DNA of 64,000 nt from Ignavibacteriota bacterium (GCA_963727845.1 CAVSHI010000001.1:87308-151307), one strand, 5' to 3'; shown: positions 1 to 10,005, numbered from the stretch's first letter. A program made the numbers and translations. Notes: generated from the letters alone by a model not told the origin.

Positions 1-17
1 GCATGACCATAGTTCAT
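1..17 (-). CDS. 5' end of the next gene of the operon (MNYGHA...), cut by the window edge
   Basis: ATG at 17-15 overlaps the DRTGG stop codon (ATGA overlap). Only about 5 codons are visible. Confidence 0.4.
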
Positions 18-397
18 TTCCCGGCATGGGTGGCCATGCTTTCTCCATATTCCATGGTGGAGATTAACCCCGATTTGTAAAGAATGCCGCATGCTTCGTA
101 CATCGAGAATGCGGTTCCAAGCAGGGGAATCTTCTTCTGTTTTGCGAGGGCGACAACATCCTGGTCGGGTTTCTTGCCGCGGACGAAGACTACGGCCTGG
201 ATTTCGGCGATGAAGGCGGTCTGGACTGTTTGAATATTCACAAGCCCCGTCAGGAGCACGGCTCCGGAGCGCGAGAATGCCAGAACGTCACTCATCAGGT
301 CGGAAGCGCAGCCATAAGCAATCCGGCCGTCCAGTTTTTCTTCTCCGGTGAAAACTTCGCAGAGAAGAAGGTCGCTAATTTCCAGCAACGACATCAT
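14..397 (-). CDS. DRTGG-domain protein (~127 aa)
   Basis: C-terminal part of ORF 14..769: ASDLMSDVLAF...VLLTGLVNIQTVQTA...VVFVRGKKP...IPLLGT, typical of DRTGG proteins. Start ATG at 397 (or 394) overlaps the HdrA end. Confidence 0.85.
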   Translation of the reverse strand: MMSLLEISDLLLCEVFTGEEKLDGRIAYGCASDLMSDVLAFSRSGAVLLTGLVNIQTVQTAFIAEIQAVVFVRGKKPDQDVVALAKQKKIPLLGTAFSMYEACGILYKSGLISTMEYGESMATHAGK

Positions 398-1286
398 GGC
401 TGACCTTTTCGTCCTTCGCCTTTGTTGAGATTTCGTTGATAAGCTGGTCGCCAAAGTAGACCGCACGACCCTCCGGAATGCGCGTGCCGGGACAGTTGCT
501 CCAGCATTGTCCGCATCCCGTACATTTCTCCGTATCGACGTAACGGGCTTTCTTCCGGATTTTGACTTTGAAATTGCCGATGTACCCGGAGACACTCTCA
601 ACTTCTGAGTACGAAAGGAGAGTGATATCCTTTCGATGTCCGACGGACACCATCTTCGGTGTGAGAATGCAGGCAGCGCAGTCGAGTGTCGGGAACGTTT
701 TATCGAAGGTCGCCATGCGCCCGCCAATGGACGGTTCCCGCTCGACGAGATATACATGGTATCCCGCATTCGCGATCTCCAGCGCCGCCTGGATGCCGGC
801 GATCCCGCCGCCGACGATCATGGTTGCCTTGTTCAAAGGTTGCCGTGTGATTTGCAGGGGCTGGTGGAGTGCCACACGCCGGACGGCCGCGTTCACGAGC
901 GCGATCGCCTTCTTTGTCGCCGCGTCACGGTCGTCATGGACCCATGAGCAGTGTTCCCGGATGTTCGCGATCTGAACGAGATATCGGTTGAGCCCGGCCG
1001 TTTCGGCAGCGACCCGGAACGTAAGCTCGTGCATCAATGGCGAACATGCGGCAACGACAACCCGGTTCACGCCAAGTTTCTGGATATCCTGTTTGATCAG
1101 TTCCTGGCCGGGGTCGGAACACATGAACTTGTAATCACGGGCCACCGCGACGTTCGGCTGTTGTGCGATGAAATCGCGCACTTCGGCGACATTTACCGTT
1201 GCGGAAATGTTCACGCCGCAATGACAGATGTACACGCCGATGCGGACCTGTCCGTTTCCATTGGTCGGTTTGGGATTTTCAGACAT
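375..1286 (-). CDS. hdrA: Heterodisulfide reductase subunit A-like protein, N-terminal/FAD part only (303 aa)
   Basis: RIGVYICHCG, VVVAACSP, FAD motif GGGIAGIQAAL...LVERE, KTFPTLDCAACILTPKM and a single CTGCGQCWSNCP ferredoxin motif; ends at TAG. Confidence 0.9.
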   Translation of the reverse strand: MSENPKPTNGNGQVRIGVYICHCGVNISATVNVAEVRDFIAQQPNVAVARDYKFMCSDPGQELIKQDIQKLGVNRVVVAACSPLMHELTFRVAAETAGLNRYLVQIANIREHCSWVHDDRDAATKKAIALVNAAVRRVALHQPLQITRQPLNKATMIVGGGIAGIQAALEIANAGYHVYLVEREPSIGGRMATFDKTFPTLDCAACILTPKMVSVGHRKDITLLSYSEVESVSGYIGNFKVKIRKKARYVDTEKCTGCGQCWSNCPGTRIPEGRAVYFGDQLINEISTKAKDEKVSHDVVAGN

Positions 1287-2160
1287 AGTGGCTCTCCGTC
1301 AATGTTGAAATTTTTTGTCCCATCGGGATAAACGCCGAGTCCAGGCCGATGGTCTTTGAGGGTAACCCCAGAACAATTCCCAGGAGCTGCGTAAAATACA
1401 GAATGGGAGTGTTGAAATGGGTGTTGAACTTTTTGTTGATCCGGTCCTGGTACGATTCCAGGTTGAAATGGCAGAGGGGGCACGTTGTCACGATCACATC
1501 GGCGCCGTTGTCCTGGGCGCACGCGAGGAGTTCCTTGTTGAGTTTCAGCGCGGTCTCCTCGAACGTCGTCATGAGCATGCCGCCGCAGCAGCGAACCTTC
1601 ATGGGGAAGTACACCATCTCCCCTCCGCATTTTCTGAAGAGCCTGTCCATGAGGACCGGATTTTCGTGGTCGTCGAACGTCTTGTCGGGGCGGACGATCT
1701 GGCAACCGTAATACGGTGCGATCTTCAACCCGTTGAGACTCTGTTTCTGCTTTTTGAGAATCGCGTCGATGCCGACATCATTCATGAGCACATCGAGAGG
1801 GTGACGGACGCTCGTTTTTCCGCTGTAGCTGAGTCCCCCATCCGCGAGCGCTTCGTTCACGTCCTTGTGCATCTCGGGAATCTCGTTGAGCACGCGGTTG
1901 GTCTTGGAAAGGACGGTGAAGCAGGAGCTGCATGGCGCCATGATGTCCATTCCCATTTTCTCGGCCAGGGCGAGGTTTCGTGAGGAAACGGCCAGCGAAA
2001 CAGTTTCCTTGACGGACATATACACGGTCGCACCGCAGCAATTCCAGTCGTCGATCTCGATCAGTTCCTGGTCAAGCGTTTTGAAAACTTCTCTGACCGA
2101 TGCGTCGTAGCCGCGCTGGGTCTTTTCGAGGCTGCATCCGGGGTAGTATGCGTACTTCAC
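1279..2160 (-). CDS. hdrB: Heterodisulfide reductase subunit B (two CCG domains)
   Basis: YAYYPGCSL, DWNCCG, APCSSC, APYYGCQ, RCCGG and TTCPLC motifs. Confidence 0.93.
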   Translation of the reverse strand: MKYAYYPGCSLEKTQRGYDASVREVFKTLDQELIEIDDWNCCGATVYMSVKETVSLAVSSRNLALAEKMGMDIMAPCSSCFTVLSKTNRVLNEIPEMHKDVNEALADGGLSYSGKTSVRHPLDVLMNDVGIDAILKKQKQSLNGLKIAPYYGCQIVRPDKTFDDHENPVLMDRLFRKCGGEMVYFPMKVRCCGGMLMTTFEETALKLNKELLACAQDNGADVIVTTCPLCHFNLESYQDRINKKFNTHFNTPILYFTQLLGIVLGLPSKTIGLDSAFIPMGQKISTLTESHYV

Positions 2161-2849
2161 GATTGTTCTCCTTTTCGCTGTTCAAGTTTCATTTCGCCGA
2201 GGCCCCGGTAACCGACGAATTCCGGGGCATATTCAAGTTTATCTTTCATGTGGCGTATCTCGATGTCTTGCGCTTTCTTGATGATGCGTGAAAGTGAGGC
2301 GTGTGCCTTAATTTTCTTCGGGAACATCGCGAGGCGCTTGGTTTTCCACATTTTCAAGGCGAGCGGGATGAGGTCGAGAAATTTCCAAACGCCGGTCTTT
2401 GTGTAGTACTTTCGGATGAGCGTCCCTTCATGCAGGCGGCCATAACTCATCAAATTATTGATGAAGAGGCTTGCCAGAGTCTGGACCTGGGGCGCCGTCG
2501 TTTCAAGATGTTTTTCCATTGCCGTCCGCTTGAGGGCATATATCGTATCGGTGATCTTGATTCCGGAAGGACATCTCGTTGTGCACGCATAGCAAGAGGC
2601 GCAAATCCAGATGGTGCGGCTTTTCATGATACGCTCCATTTCACCGGCACGGAAGAGCGCTATCAACTCGCGCGGTGAAATATCCATCGTGTAACTCACC
2701 GGGCACGACCCGGTACACGTCCCGCACTGAATGCACCGTTTGATGCGTTCCCCGGCAGGGACCGCCTTGACCTCATCCAGAAAGATGGCGCGCAGCTCGG
2801 TTTCTGTTTTACTCATGACGCCGGGTAGATAGTTGCTTAGTTCTGCCAT
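2157..2849 (-). CDS. hdrC: Heterodisulfide reductase subunit C (2x[4Fe-4S])
   Basis: CIQCGTCTGSCP and WICASCYACTTRCP; overlaps the hdrB start. Confidence 0.92.
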   Translation of the reverse strand: MAELSNYLPGVMSKTETELRAIFLDEVKAVPAGERIKRCIQCGTCTGSCPVSYTMDISPRELIALFRAGEMERIMKSRTIWICASCYACTTRCPSGIKITDTIYALKRTAMEKHLETTAPQVQTLASLFINNLMSYGRLHEGTLIRKYYTKTGVWKFLDLIPLALKMWKTKRLAMFPKKIKAHASLSRIIKKAQDIEIRHMKDKLEYAPEFVGYRGLGEMKLEQRKGEQS

Positions 2850-2863
2850 AGGAACTCCATTCG

Positions 2864-3529
2864 TTATAATTCAACAACTTCGAAATTCATGGTACTCCGC
2901 GTTCGCTGTGAACCGCGCTGCGGAAACTCCAGGGTGTGGATAGGCCCGGACCCGGGACCGTCCGGTTGCATTGCCAGATCACGCCAAACGAGATCGACCA
3001 CCCGCGGCAACGCTTTCTCGACTTCAGATGTACATCCGACGGAAAAGGTCGTTATGTCGCTCACCTCTATTCCATACACCGTAATTGCCAGAGGGATATT
3101 CACGTTGAGAAGCCTGGCGAGACCGAGAACCTCCGGGAGGTTGATCTGGTGAGATGATGCAAGTTTGACCGGCTCTTCCTGCCGGCGTTGCACAAAGCGA
3201 TAGATCGTCCCGGGAGGATGCGTGCCGGTCAGGACGGCGTCGATGATGAAACATCTCTGATATCCAGTAATAGCGTCAAGTATCTGAAGCCCGCCGGAGG
3301 CCATTTCCTCAATGGTGATGTCCCCGGGGAACCCGGCCACGCCTTCGCTCGCGTTGCGGTCAAGTAGAGAGATTCTGTCATTCAATTGCCGGACGGCGAA
3401 AATTCCCACACCGTCATCGCTAATGAATTCGTTTCCGAGGCCGATGATAATGAGTCTGCCCCCGGGAGGAGATGCCGGGCGGTCGCCGTTTCCGCCATTC
3501 GTTGTGGGATGTGACGTCCCGTTAATCAC
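2864..3529 (-). CDS. Hydrogenase maturation protease (HyaD/HycI family)
   Basis: IIGLGNEFISDDGVG, IIDAV, SSHQINL and YGIE motifs. Confidence 0.9.
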   Translation of the reverse strand: MINGTSHPTTNGGNGDRPASPPGGRLIIIGLGNEFISDDGVGIFAVRQLNDRISLLDRNASEGVAGFPGDITIEEMASGGLQILDAITGYQRCFIIDAVLTGTHPPGTIYRFVQRRQEEPVKLASSHQINLPEVLGLARLLNVNIPLAITVYGIEVSDITTFSVGCTSEVEKALPRVVDLVWRDLAMQPDGPGSGPIHTLEFPQRGSQRTRSTMNFEVVEL

Positions 3530-3953
3530 TTTCTACCTGTTTGGCTGACTGCGGAGTATTCCATAGCTGCCAGGCGAAACGGAGGGCTGAATCTCCGTAG
3601 AGGGATAATGCGTTGCCGATTTCGGTGTAAAGGGAGAGGATCTTCTCAGCCACCGCTTTGCCCTCATCCGTGAGAGATATTTGTTCTTTGCGGTGGTCGG
3701 CGCTGTCGAGTGTGCGTGTGACGGAACCCTGCCGCTCCAACGACAGCAGGATCTTTGAGGTACGGGTGGAGCTCAGGCCAAGGAAATCACTGAGGTTCTT
3801 AACGCAGGAAGGTCGTTCGAGAAAAAGGACGCCGAGGCAGTGCATTTCGTCGACCGTCAACTCGGTTCTGTCGGACAGATGCTTGTCGATTTCGCGACAC
3901 CGCAGCGTCTGTCTGAGTAAGTCGACCCCAGTTTTCCAATAACTCAATTCCAT
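3522..3953 (-). CDS. MarR-family transcriptional regulator
   Basis: Winged HTH pattern LSDFLGLSSTRTSKILLSLERQG...DHRKEQISLTDEG; first gene of the operon. Confidence 0.85.
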   Translation of the reverse strand: MELSYWKTGVDLLRQTLRCREIDKHLSDRTELTVDEMHCLGVLFLERPSCVKNLSDFLGLSSTRTSKILLSLERQGSVTRTLDSADHRKEQISLTDEGKAVAEKILSLYTEIGNALSLYGDSALRFAWQLWNTPQSAKQVESD

Positions 3954-3988
3954 AATAACCAGTTGACAGATTGACCCGCCATTTCATA

Positions 3989-4003
3989 TGCAAATATTGT
4001 GCA
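3989..4003. promoter_or_regulatory. Imperfect palindrome TGCA-N7-TGCA upstream of marR, possible operator
   Basis: TGCAAATATTGTGCA in the divergent intergenic region. The minus strand reads TTGCAC-N5-TTGCA, which is sigma-54-like but lacks the invariant GG. Confidence 0.3.
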
Positions 4004-4380
4004 AAGGAAACTATTGCCATAGTGTTCACCAAAAGGCAATTTCTGAGAGGTGAAAGCCAAGAAAGTGCTGAATAAATCAGCAATCTTGACAATTTCAACA
4101 CAATTTAGAGAATTGGAGAGATCGCGATTAATAATGTCCACCCTGGACGTCTCCTGCAAACTCCATTCGCGCTCGGCATTTCTCTTGGTCCGGATGATCT
4201 TTGATTCGACGATGCAGACTCATCTGCGACCGTAGATGCTGCGAACTTTGTTGGAATGAAATGCCGGTGTGGAGCATTGACCGAGGAATGATGGAACGTG
4301 GGCGCCCGACGGGTGTTGGATTTTTTGTTTTCTTTTCTGCATCTTTACTGGAAGTCTTAATCTGAAATCGTCAAAGCGAA

Positions 4381-6369
4381 ATGAGAAGAATATCCGCCAA
4401 GAGCATTCAGTCGCAGCTGATACTCTATTTTACGATTGCCATTCTGGTCCCGGCCATCATTACGAGTACCGTCGGGATGAAGTTAATTTATAATCAGATC
4501 ATCACGCGTGCAGAGACAAAAACCCTCTCCGACATTAATTCTGCAATGGAGATCTATCGAAACAAGATCATGCAGATCGAGAGCATTAGCCGGCTGACAG
4601 CTGCAAGAAGTTTGGTTATCGGCGCAGTTAGTCAGCGCGACCAGAAGTTCCTGCAAAAAGATTTGGCAAAGACTCTTCGTCGTGAAAAGCTCGACATCCT
4701 GACCGTGGTTGACCAGAACGGCAACGTCATTTGCCGGGGCCGCAACCCCGGTTTGTCTGGTGACAATCTCATGGGAGACAAGTTCATTGCACATGCAGTG
4801 CGGTCGAGGCAAATCGTGTCGGGAACCGATATCGTATCACGAGAACGGCTCCTTCAGGATTCACCCGACCTGGCTGCGCAGGCCCTGATGGACGTAACAC
4901 CAACACCGAAGGCAAAGCCCCGGGAGAGCCGGCAGGAAACCTCCGGGATGATGCTCAAGGCAGCTGTTCCGATTTTTGACGATGAGAACAACTTCCAGGG
5001 AGTTATGATGGGCGGCCTTCTTCTCAACCGGAACTTCGAGATTGTCGACAAGATCAAAGAGATTGTGCATGAGAAGGAAATCTACAAAGGACGTGAAATT
5101 GGAACGGCCACGATCTTCCAAAATGACCTGCGCATTTCAACGAATGTTAAGAATCAGGACGGATCGCGGGCGATCACGACGCTCGTGTCGGAGGAGGTTT
5201 TCGATGCCGTCCTCAATCGGGGTGAGAGGTTTGTGGGAGATGCGTTTGTCGTCAACGCGTGGTACATCGCCGCTTACGAACCGATACGCGACGTCGATAA
5301 CGCCATTATCGGCATCCTGTACGTAGGAGTGCTGAAACAGCCCTTCGATGACGTCCTGAGGAACACGCTCATCACATTTCTGGGGATCGCCCTGGGCGGG
5401 ATCATCCTCATCGTCTTGGTGTCCATCCAACTGGCGAAAAGAATATCACGCCCGCTGAAAAAACTAGAGGAGACGGCGAACAAAATTGCCGACGGTGAAT
5501 ACCGGCACGATTTCACGGTGCACGCGCCGAGCGAGATCGAGCACCTTGCCTCATCCCTCAGCAAGATGGCAAAGGATCTGGAAGCGGAAAAACGGGAGCT
5601 GGAAGAATGGGGGAATACGCTTGAGAAGAAAGTGGAGCAGCGCACCGAAGAGATCAGAAGGATCCACTCGCAGATGTTCCGGTCGGAGAAACTCGCATCA
5701 CTCGGCAAACTCGCGGCGGGAGTTGCCCACGAAATCAACAACCCGTTGACCGGAATTCTGACCAACAGCAGTCTACTGCTGGAAGACCTTGCGGCGGACG
5801 ATCCCCGCCGGGAAGATGTCGAAGTAATGGTCAATGAGACGATTCGCTGCCGCGAAATCGTGAAACGCCTCCTTGATTTCGCGAAACAATCAAAGCCGCA
5901 GAAGAAACTTACCGACATTAACTCCCTCATTGAGAACATCATCCTGCTGGTTCGGAACCAGGCATCCTTCCGGAATATCAGGATCGATAAAGACCTGGCC
6001 GCCGACATCCCCGGAATTCAGGCCGACGCCGACCAGGTTCAGCAAGTCTTCATTAATATCGTTCTGAATGCCGCTGAAGCGATGACCAAAGGAGGGATGC
6101 TGACGATTACCTCCCGGATATCGCGAAGCAAGGATTTCATAGAAATCATTTTCAAAGACAGCGGACCGGGAATTCCTGAAGCGATGAGAGAAAAAATCTT
6201 CGACCCCTTCTTCACGACCAAGGAACACGGCACAGGCCTGGGTCTTTCCATTAGTTACGGCATTATCGAACAGCATGGCGGAACAATAAGCGTTGATAGC
6301 ACCCCGGGCGAAGGCTCCGTGTTTACCATCGAGCTTCCCATCAAACCCACGGATTCGGAAGAAAGATAA
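4381..6369 (+). CDS. Membrane sensor histidine kinase (Cache-type sensor, HAMP, HisKA, HATPase_c)
   Basis: Two TM segments, H-box AHEINNPL, N-box [24 protein letters not shown]. Confidence 0.93.
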   Translation: MRRISAKSIQSQLILYFTIAILVPAIITSTVGMKLIYNQIITRAETKTLSDINSAMEIYRNKIMQIESISRLTAARSLVIGAVSQRDQKFLQKDLAKTLRREKLDILTVVDQNGNVICRGRNPGLSGDNLMGDKFIAHAVRSRQIVSGTDIVSRERLLQDSPDLAAQALMDVTPTPKAKPRESRQETSGMMLKAAVPIFDDENNFQGVMMGGLLLNRNFEIVDKIKEIVHEKEIYKGREIGTATIFQNDLRISTNVKNQDGSRAITTLVSEEVFDAVLNRGERFVGDAFVVNAWYIAAYEPIRDVDNAIIGILYVGVLKQPFDDVLRNTLITFLGIALGGIILIVLVSIQLAKRISRPLKKLEETANKIADGEYRHDFTVHAPSEIEHLASSLSKMAKDLEAEKRELEEWGNTLEKKVEQRTEEIRRIHSQMFRSEKLASLGKLAAGVAHEINNPLTGILTNSSLLLEDLAADDPRREDVEVMVNETIRCREIVKRLLDFAKQSKPQKKLTDINSLIENIILLVRNQASFRNIRIDKDLAADIPGIQADADQVQQVFINIVLNAAEAMTKGGMLTITSRISRSKDFIEIIFKDSGPGIPEAMREKIFDPFFTTKEHGTGLGLSISYGIIEQHGGTISVDSTPGEGSVFTIELPIKPTDSEER

Positions 6370-6371
6370 TC

Positions 6372-7772
6372 ATGACGGCGAATATCCTGATTGTTGACGA
6401 CGAGCTGGTCATTTGCAAAAGTTGCGAGAAGATCTTTCGGAGGGTGGGTCATGAGGTGACCTACAGCACTTCCGGCAAGCATGCAATTGAGCTCCTGGGG
6501 GCGGAGACGTACGATGTTGTGTTTACCGATTTGAAAATGATGGATATCGGCGGCATGGAGGTTCTTCAAACGATAAAACAGAAGTATCCCCAGACCGTTG
6601 TCGTCGTCATCACCGGTTACGCGACCATCGCTTCTGCCATCGAGACGATGCGGTCGGGCGCGTTCGACTATCTGCCGAAACCATTTACCCCCGCCGAGCT
6701 GTTGACGGTGCTGAACAGGGCGCTGGAACGACGGAAACTGATTCAGATTTCCATGGATGAGTATCAATACTCCAACGATACGGGTTTTGAAGGCCTGATA
6801 GGAAAAAGTCCCGCCATCCAGGACGTCTATCAGTTGATTCGCAAGGTCGCCCCGACCGATTCCACCGTGCTTATCATCGGAGAAAGTGGAACGGGGAAAG
6901 ACCTGACGGCAAAAGCGATCCACAACCGGAGCAAAAGGGCCGCCGAGAAGTTTTTTGCCATTGACCTTACGACACTGCAGAGCACACTCCTGGAGAGCGA
7001 GCTCTTCGGCCACGTCAAGGGGGCGTTCACCGGTGCGACGGTCGACAAGCCCGGAGTCTTCGAGGTGGCCGACCAAGGGACGATTTTCCTCGATGAGATC
7101 GGCAACCTGCCCCCCGAAACTCAGTCCCGGCTCCTGAGGGTTTTGCAGGAAAAGGAAATCCTGCCGGTCGGAGGAACGTCCGTGAAGAAGGTCGACGTGC
7201 GGCTGATCTTCGCGACGAACAAGGATCTCAAACAACTGGTGAACGCAGGCAAGTTCAGAGAGGATTTGTACTACCGGCTGAACGTGTTTCCCATCCGGCT
7301 TCCCTCACTCCGTGAACGAAGAGAAGATATTCCCGACCTTGCGCTTCATTTCTTGAAGAAATACTCTTCCCTCATGAAAAGGGGGATTCCGACGATCAAG
7401 ACGGAAGCAATGGAATTGTTGATGAACTATCACTGGCCCGGAAACGTCCGGGAGCTCGAACATACCATCGAGCGATTGATCATCATTGTCGAGGGCGACG
7501 AGATCGACCCGGCGCATATTTCGGCGGCTCTGTTTCGCACGGAATCGAATATCCGTTCAATAATTCCGAAAACGAGCGATGAGCTCAAGAACCTGAAGAA
7601 ACAAATCCGAGCCTCGGCAATTCATGAGATTGAAAAACTTTTCATCGAGGAAGCCCTCCTCCGGAACGATTGGAATATTTCCAAGGCAGCAAGGGAAGTT
7701 AATATGCAGAGGTCAAATTTTCAATCCCTCATGAGAAAGTACAATATCGAGAAACCGGCACCCCCTGCATAA
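6372..7772 (+). CDS. Sigma-54-dependent response regulator (NtrC/AtoC family)
   Basis: Receiver domain, Walker A GESGTGKD, GAFTGA, FLDEIG, DLYYRLNV, WPGNVREL and a Fis-type HTH. Confidence 0.95.
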   Translation: MTANILIVDDELVICKSCEKIFRRVGHEVTYSTSGKHAIELLGAETYDVVFTDLKMMDIGGMEVLQTIKQKYPQTVVVVITGYATIASAIETMRSGAFDYLPKPFTPAELLTVLNRALERRKLIQISMDEYQYSNDTGFEGLIGKSPAIQDVYQLIRKVAPTDSTVLIIGESGTGKDLTAKAIHNRSKRAAEKFFAIDLTTLQSTLLESELFGHVKGAFTGATVDKPGVFEVADQGTIFLDEIGNLPPETQSRLLRVLQEKEILPVGGTSVKKVDVRLIFATNKDLKQLVNAGKFREDLYYRLNVFPIRLPSLRERREDIPDLALHFLKKYSSLMKRGIPTIKTEAMELLMNYHWPGNVRELEHTIERLIIIVEGDEIDPAHISAALFRTESNIRSIIPKTSDELKNLKKQIRASAIHEIEKLFIEEALLRNDWNISKAAREVNMQRSNFQSLMRKYNIEKPAPPA

Positions 7773-7965
7773 GCGTTTGTGCACCCGTATATCATTCTTA
7801 TTCACCCCTCTCCCACCAATCTCTCCATTTTCATCGATTTTCTTCCGTTTTTCGATTCTTGCCAATAAGGCAATGGAATCGCAGGCAGAAACCATGAGAC
7901 ATATATCATCTCTATCCCTTTGATACTTATGTGCTTGCGAATATCGGACATAACAGTCTTTTCGA

Positions 7966-7982
7966 CTGGCATGTTCATTGTG
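7966..7982 (+). promoter_or_regulatory. Candidate sigma-54 promoter
   Basis: CTGGCATGTTCATTGTG matches TGGCAC-N5-TTGC spacing (-12 is GT rather than GC) and lies ~60 nt upstream of the 8039 gene. Confidence 0.5.
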
Positions 7983-8038
7983 GCATTACAGGTAGAAGTG
8001 ATTCAGAAGTCTCAACAATCGAATGAAAGGAATTAAAA

Positions 8039-9211
8039 ATGCTTACAAGTAAAATACTGGTCGTGGACGACGAAGAGAATGTGTGTCAGAGTGTCAAGAA
8101 GATACTCTCCCGAAAAGGATATGCTGTCGAAGACGCGCATGACGTTGAAAAGGCCGTAAAGAAGATCAACGAAACTGCATTCGACCTGGTGATTACCGAC
8201 CTCATGATGCCGAATACGAACGGAATAGAATTGTTGCGCATCATCAGGGAAAACTACCCGGAACTTGAAGTCATCATGATCACAGGATATGCATCCATAG
8301 AATCTGCGGTGCAGGCGACAAAGCTCGGGGCGGCAGGATACCTACCGAAGCCATTTACTCCTGCGGAACTCACGGAGCTGACCGAGAAAGCCCTGGCAAA
8401 CAGGAGTGTCCGGACAGAGAACAGGAAGAAGAGCGTCCCGGCGCGGGTAGCATCCGGTAGGAAGCCGGACGACATCATCGATGTCGATATGCCGTTCAGT
8501 GCGAAAGAAGTTGCCGAGCACACCGGAAAAGGGTACGTTGAATCCCTCACGCATTCCGACATCCCGATCGCGAAGAAGGCTCCCGACAAAGCGTATTGCA
8601 ACACGGGCAAGCGCGAATGCCGCCGGCTGGTTCTGGAAGGGAGAGAATGCGTCGGTGAATGTCCGATTGAAAAGAAAGAAAAAGCACGGGCGAAATCGGT
8701 GAAGCGCGTAAGCGGTCCGACGGTGGAAATTATCGACGCGGACCTGCCGTTCAATCTGTCCGAGGTGGAGCGCGTAACCGGTGCGGATTATATCAACTGC
8801 CTCGACCGTGATATGCCGCGAGCGGCTCTCTGGGGCAGAGATGCAACCGCAAAACATTCCGTTCTTGTCATCGATGACGAACCGATCGTGTGCCACAGCG
8901 TCCGGCGCATACTGTCGAAGAAGAGCTGTTCGGTTGAGGAAGTGTTTGATGTCGATGCCGCACTGCAGAAGATGAAGCTCGGCAAATACGACCTTGTCAT
9001 TCTGGATCTGAAGATGCCCAAGCGCTCCGGCATGGAAGTTCTCCGGGCGATCAGAACGGAATGGCCCGAAGTTCCGGTAGTGATGGTGACGGGATACGGA
9101 TCCATCGATACGGCCATCGAAGCAACGAAGCTCGGCGCCATGAATTTTCTGCCAAAGCCGTTCACTCCGGCTGAGCTGACAAAGGTGGCGGAGGAAGCTC
9201 TCGTTAGCTGA
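8039..9211 (+). CDS. Double-receiver response regulator (REC-linker-REC), no DNA-binding output domain
   Basis: N-terminal ILVVDDE...DLMMP...KPF and C-terminal VLVIDDE...DLKMP...KPF; the central linker is Cys-containing and internally duplicated. Confidence 0.85.
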   Translation: MLTSKILVVDDEENVCQSVKKILSRKGYAVEDAHDVEKAVKKINETAFDLVITDLMMPNTNGIELLRIIRENYPELEVIMITGYASIESAVQATKLGAAGYLPKPFTPAELTELTEKALANRSVRTENRKKSVPARVASGRKPDDIIDVDMPFSAKEVAEHTGKGYVESLTHSDIPIAKKAPDKAYCNTGKRECRRLVLEGRECVGECPIEKKEKARAKSVKRVSGPTVEIIDADLPFNLSEVERVTGADYINCLDRDMPRAALWGRDATAKHSVLVIDDEPIVCHSVRRILSKKSCSVEEVFDVDAALQKMKLGKYDLVILDLKMPKRSGMEVLRAIRTEWPEVPVVMVTGYGSIDTAIEATKLGAMNFLPKPFTPAELTKVAEEALVS

Positions 9212-9250
9212 GGCTGTTGTTCGAGAGATTTCACAACGTTTCAAGGTGTC

Positions 9251-9285
9251 AAGCCCCATCGCGGTAACAACGGGATGGGGCTTTT
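9251..9285 (+). terminator. Intrinsic terminator
   Basis: AAGCCCCATC / GATGGGGCTT stem followed by T residues. Confidence 0.7.
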
Positions 9286-9370
9286 GTCATGTCTTTCCCG
9301 CACGAGAACGATTGGGTTTTCGGTTTGGTGATATATGATTCCCATTCACACGTGTTATGGCAGACCATAA

Positions 9371-9417
9371 CCTCCCCTTTTATCCCGTCCTTACTAAGGA
9401 GGGGACACAGGGGTGGT
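9371..9417. repeat. REP-like palindromic element
   Basis: CCTCCCC...CCCGTCCTTACTAAGGAGGGG...GGGG, an imperfect nested inverted repeat in an intergenic region. Confidence 0.4.
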
Positions 9418-9548
9418 AGAATGGAGTAGGTTCCAACTGAGATACTGGTCGATTTGACATTCTGTGCATGAATGAGTACCTTTTCAATCGAGTGTGTCTT
9501 TTCAAGACATAGAGAATTTAATCCCAACCGCAGTTTCGAAGAAATGCC

Positions 9549-9944
9549 ATGGGTCTAAAACAACTTCTGTTTATTATTCTCGCGATCGTCCTGATCGGAC
9601 TTGCTATTACTCTAGGGATACAGCATTTCAATTATCAGCAAGCGCTCTCCAACAAAGATGGGATAGGTGCGAGCCTTGCCAACATTGCCGTCAATGCCTA
9701 CGAGTTTAAATCTCGCCCGGTCTCTATGAACGGAGGAGGCAACGTGTACGACAATTCGATGGGAGGCAAAAGCTATAGTATACCGAACGAGATGGCGGCC
9801 GATGGTTACGGGAAATACAGTCTGGTATCAGTAAGTCCGTCCTCGTGCACGATCAAGGGAATTTCAGTTATGGAAACAGCGTGGGCGGCGACGTGCACGG
9901 TCGATGAGAACGGCAAGACGTCATTTTCCTTTTCCGGGTGGTAG
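9549..9944 (+). CDS. Small pilin-like protein with N-terminal hydrophobic helix
   Basis: MGLKQLLFIILAIVLIGLAITLGI...RPVSMNGGGN resembles FCB-group MGQQQLL-type pilin-like proteins (recognised from memory). Confidence 0.6.
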   Translation: MGLKQLLFIILAIVLIGLAITLGIQHFNYQQALSNKDGIGASLANIAVNAYEFKSRPVSMNGGGNVYDNSMGGKSYSIPNEMAADGYGKYSLVSVSPSSCTIKGISVMETAWAATCTVDENGKTSFSFSGW

Positions 9945-10005
9945 GATCTAAGAGATCCGGAGAATGGGAGACCCGGGGAGGGAGTGTCTTCCAAAAAGAA
10001 CTTGG

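Noticed and set aside
375-377. Selenocysteine read-through extending HdrA
   Set aside because: The stop is TAG rather than TGA, and the downstream sequence is a coherent DRTGG gene in another frame.
6255-7235. Long antisense ORFs (also 8342..9259, 23576..24757, 44803..45987, 52347..53513 and many shorter ones)
   Set aside because: They shadow well-supported genes on the opposite strand and have no recognisable motifs.
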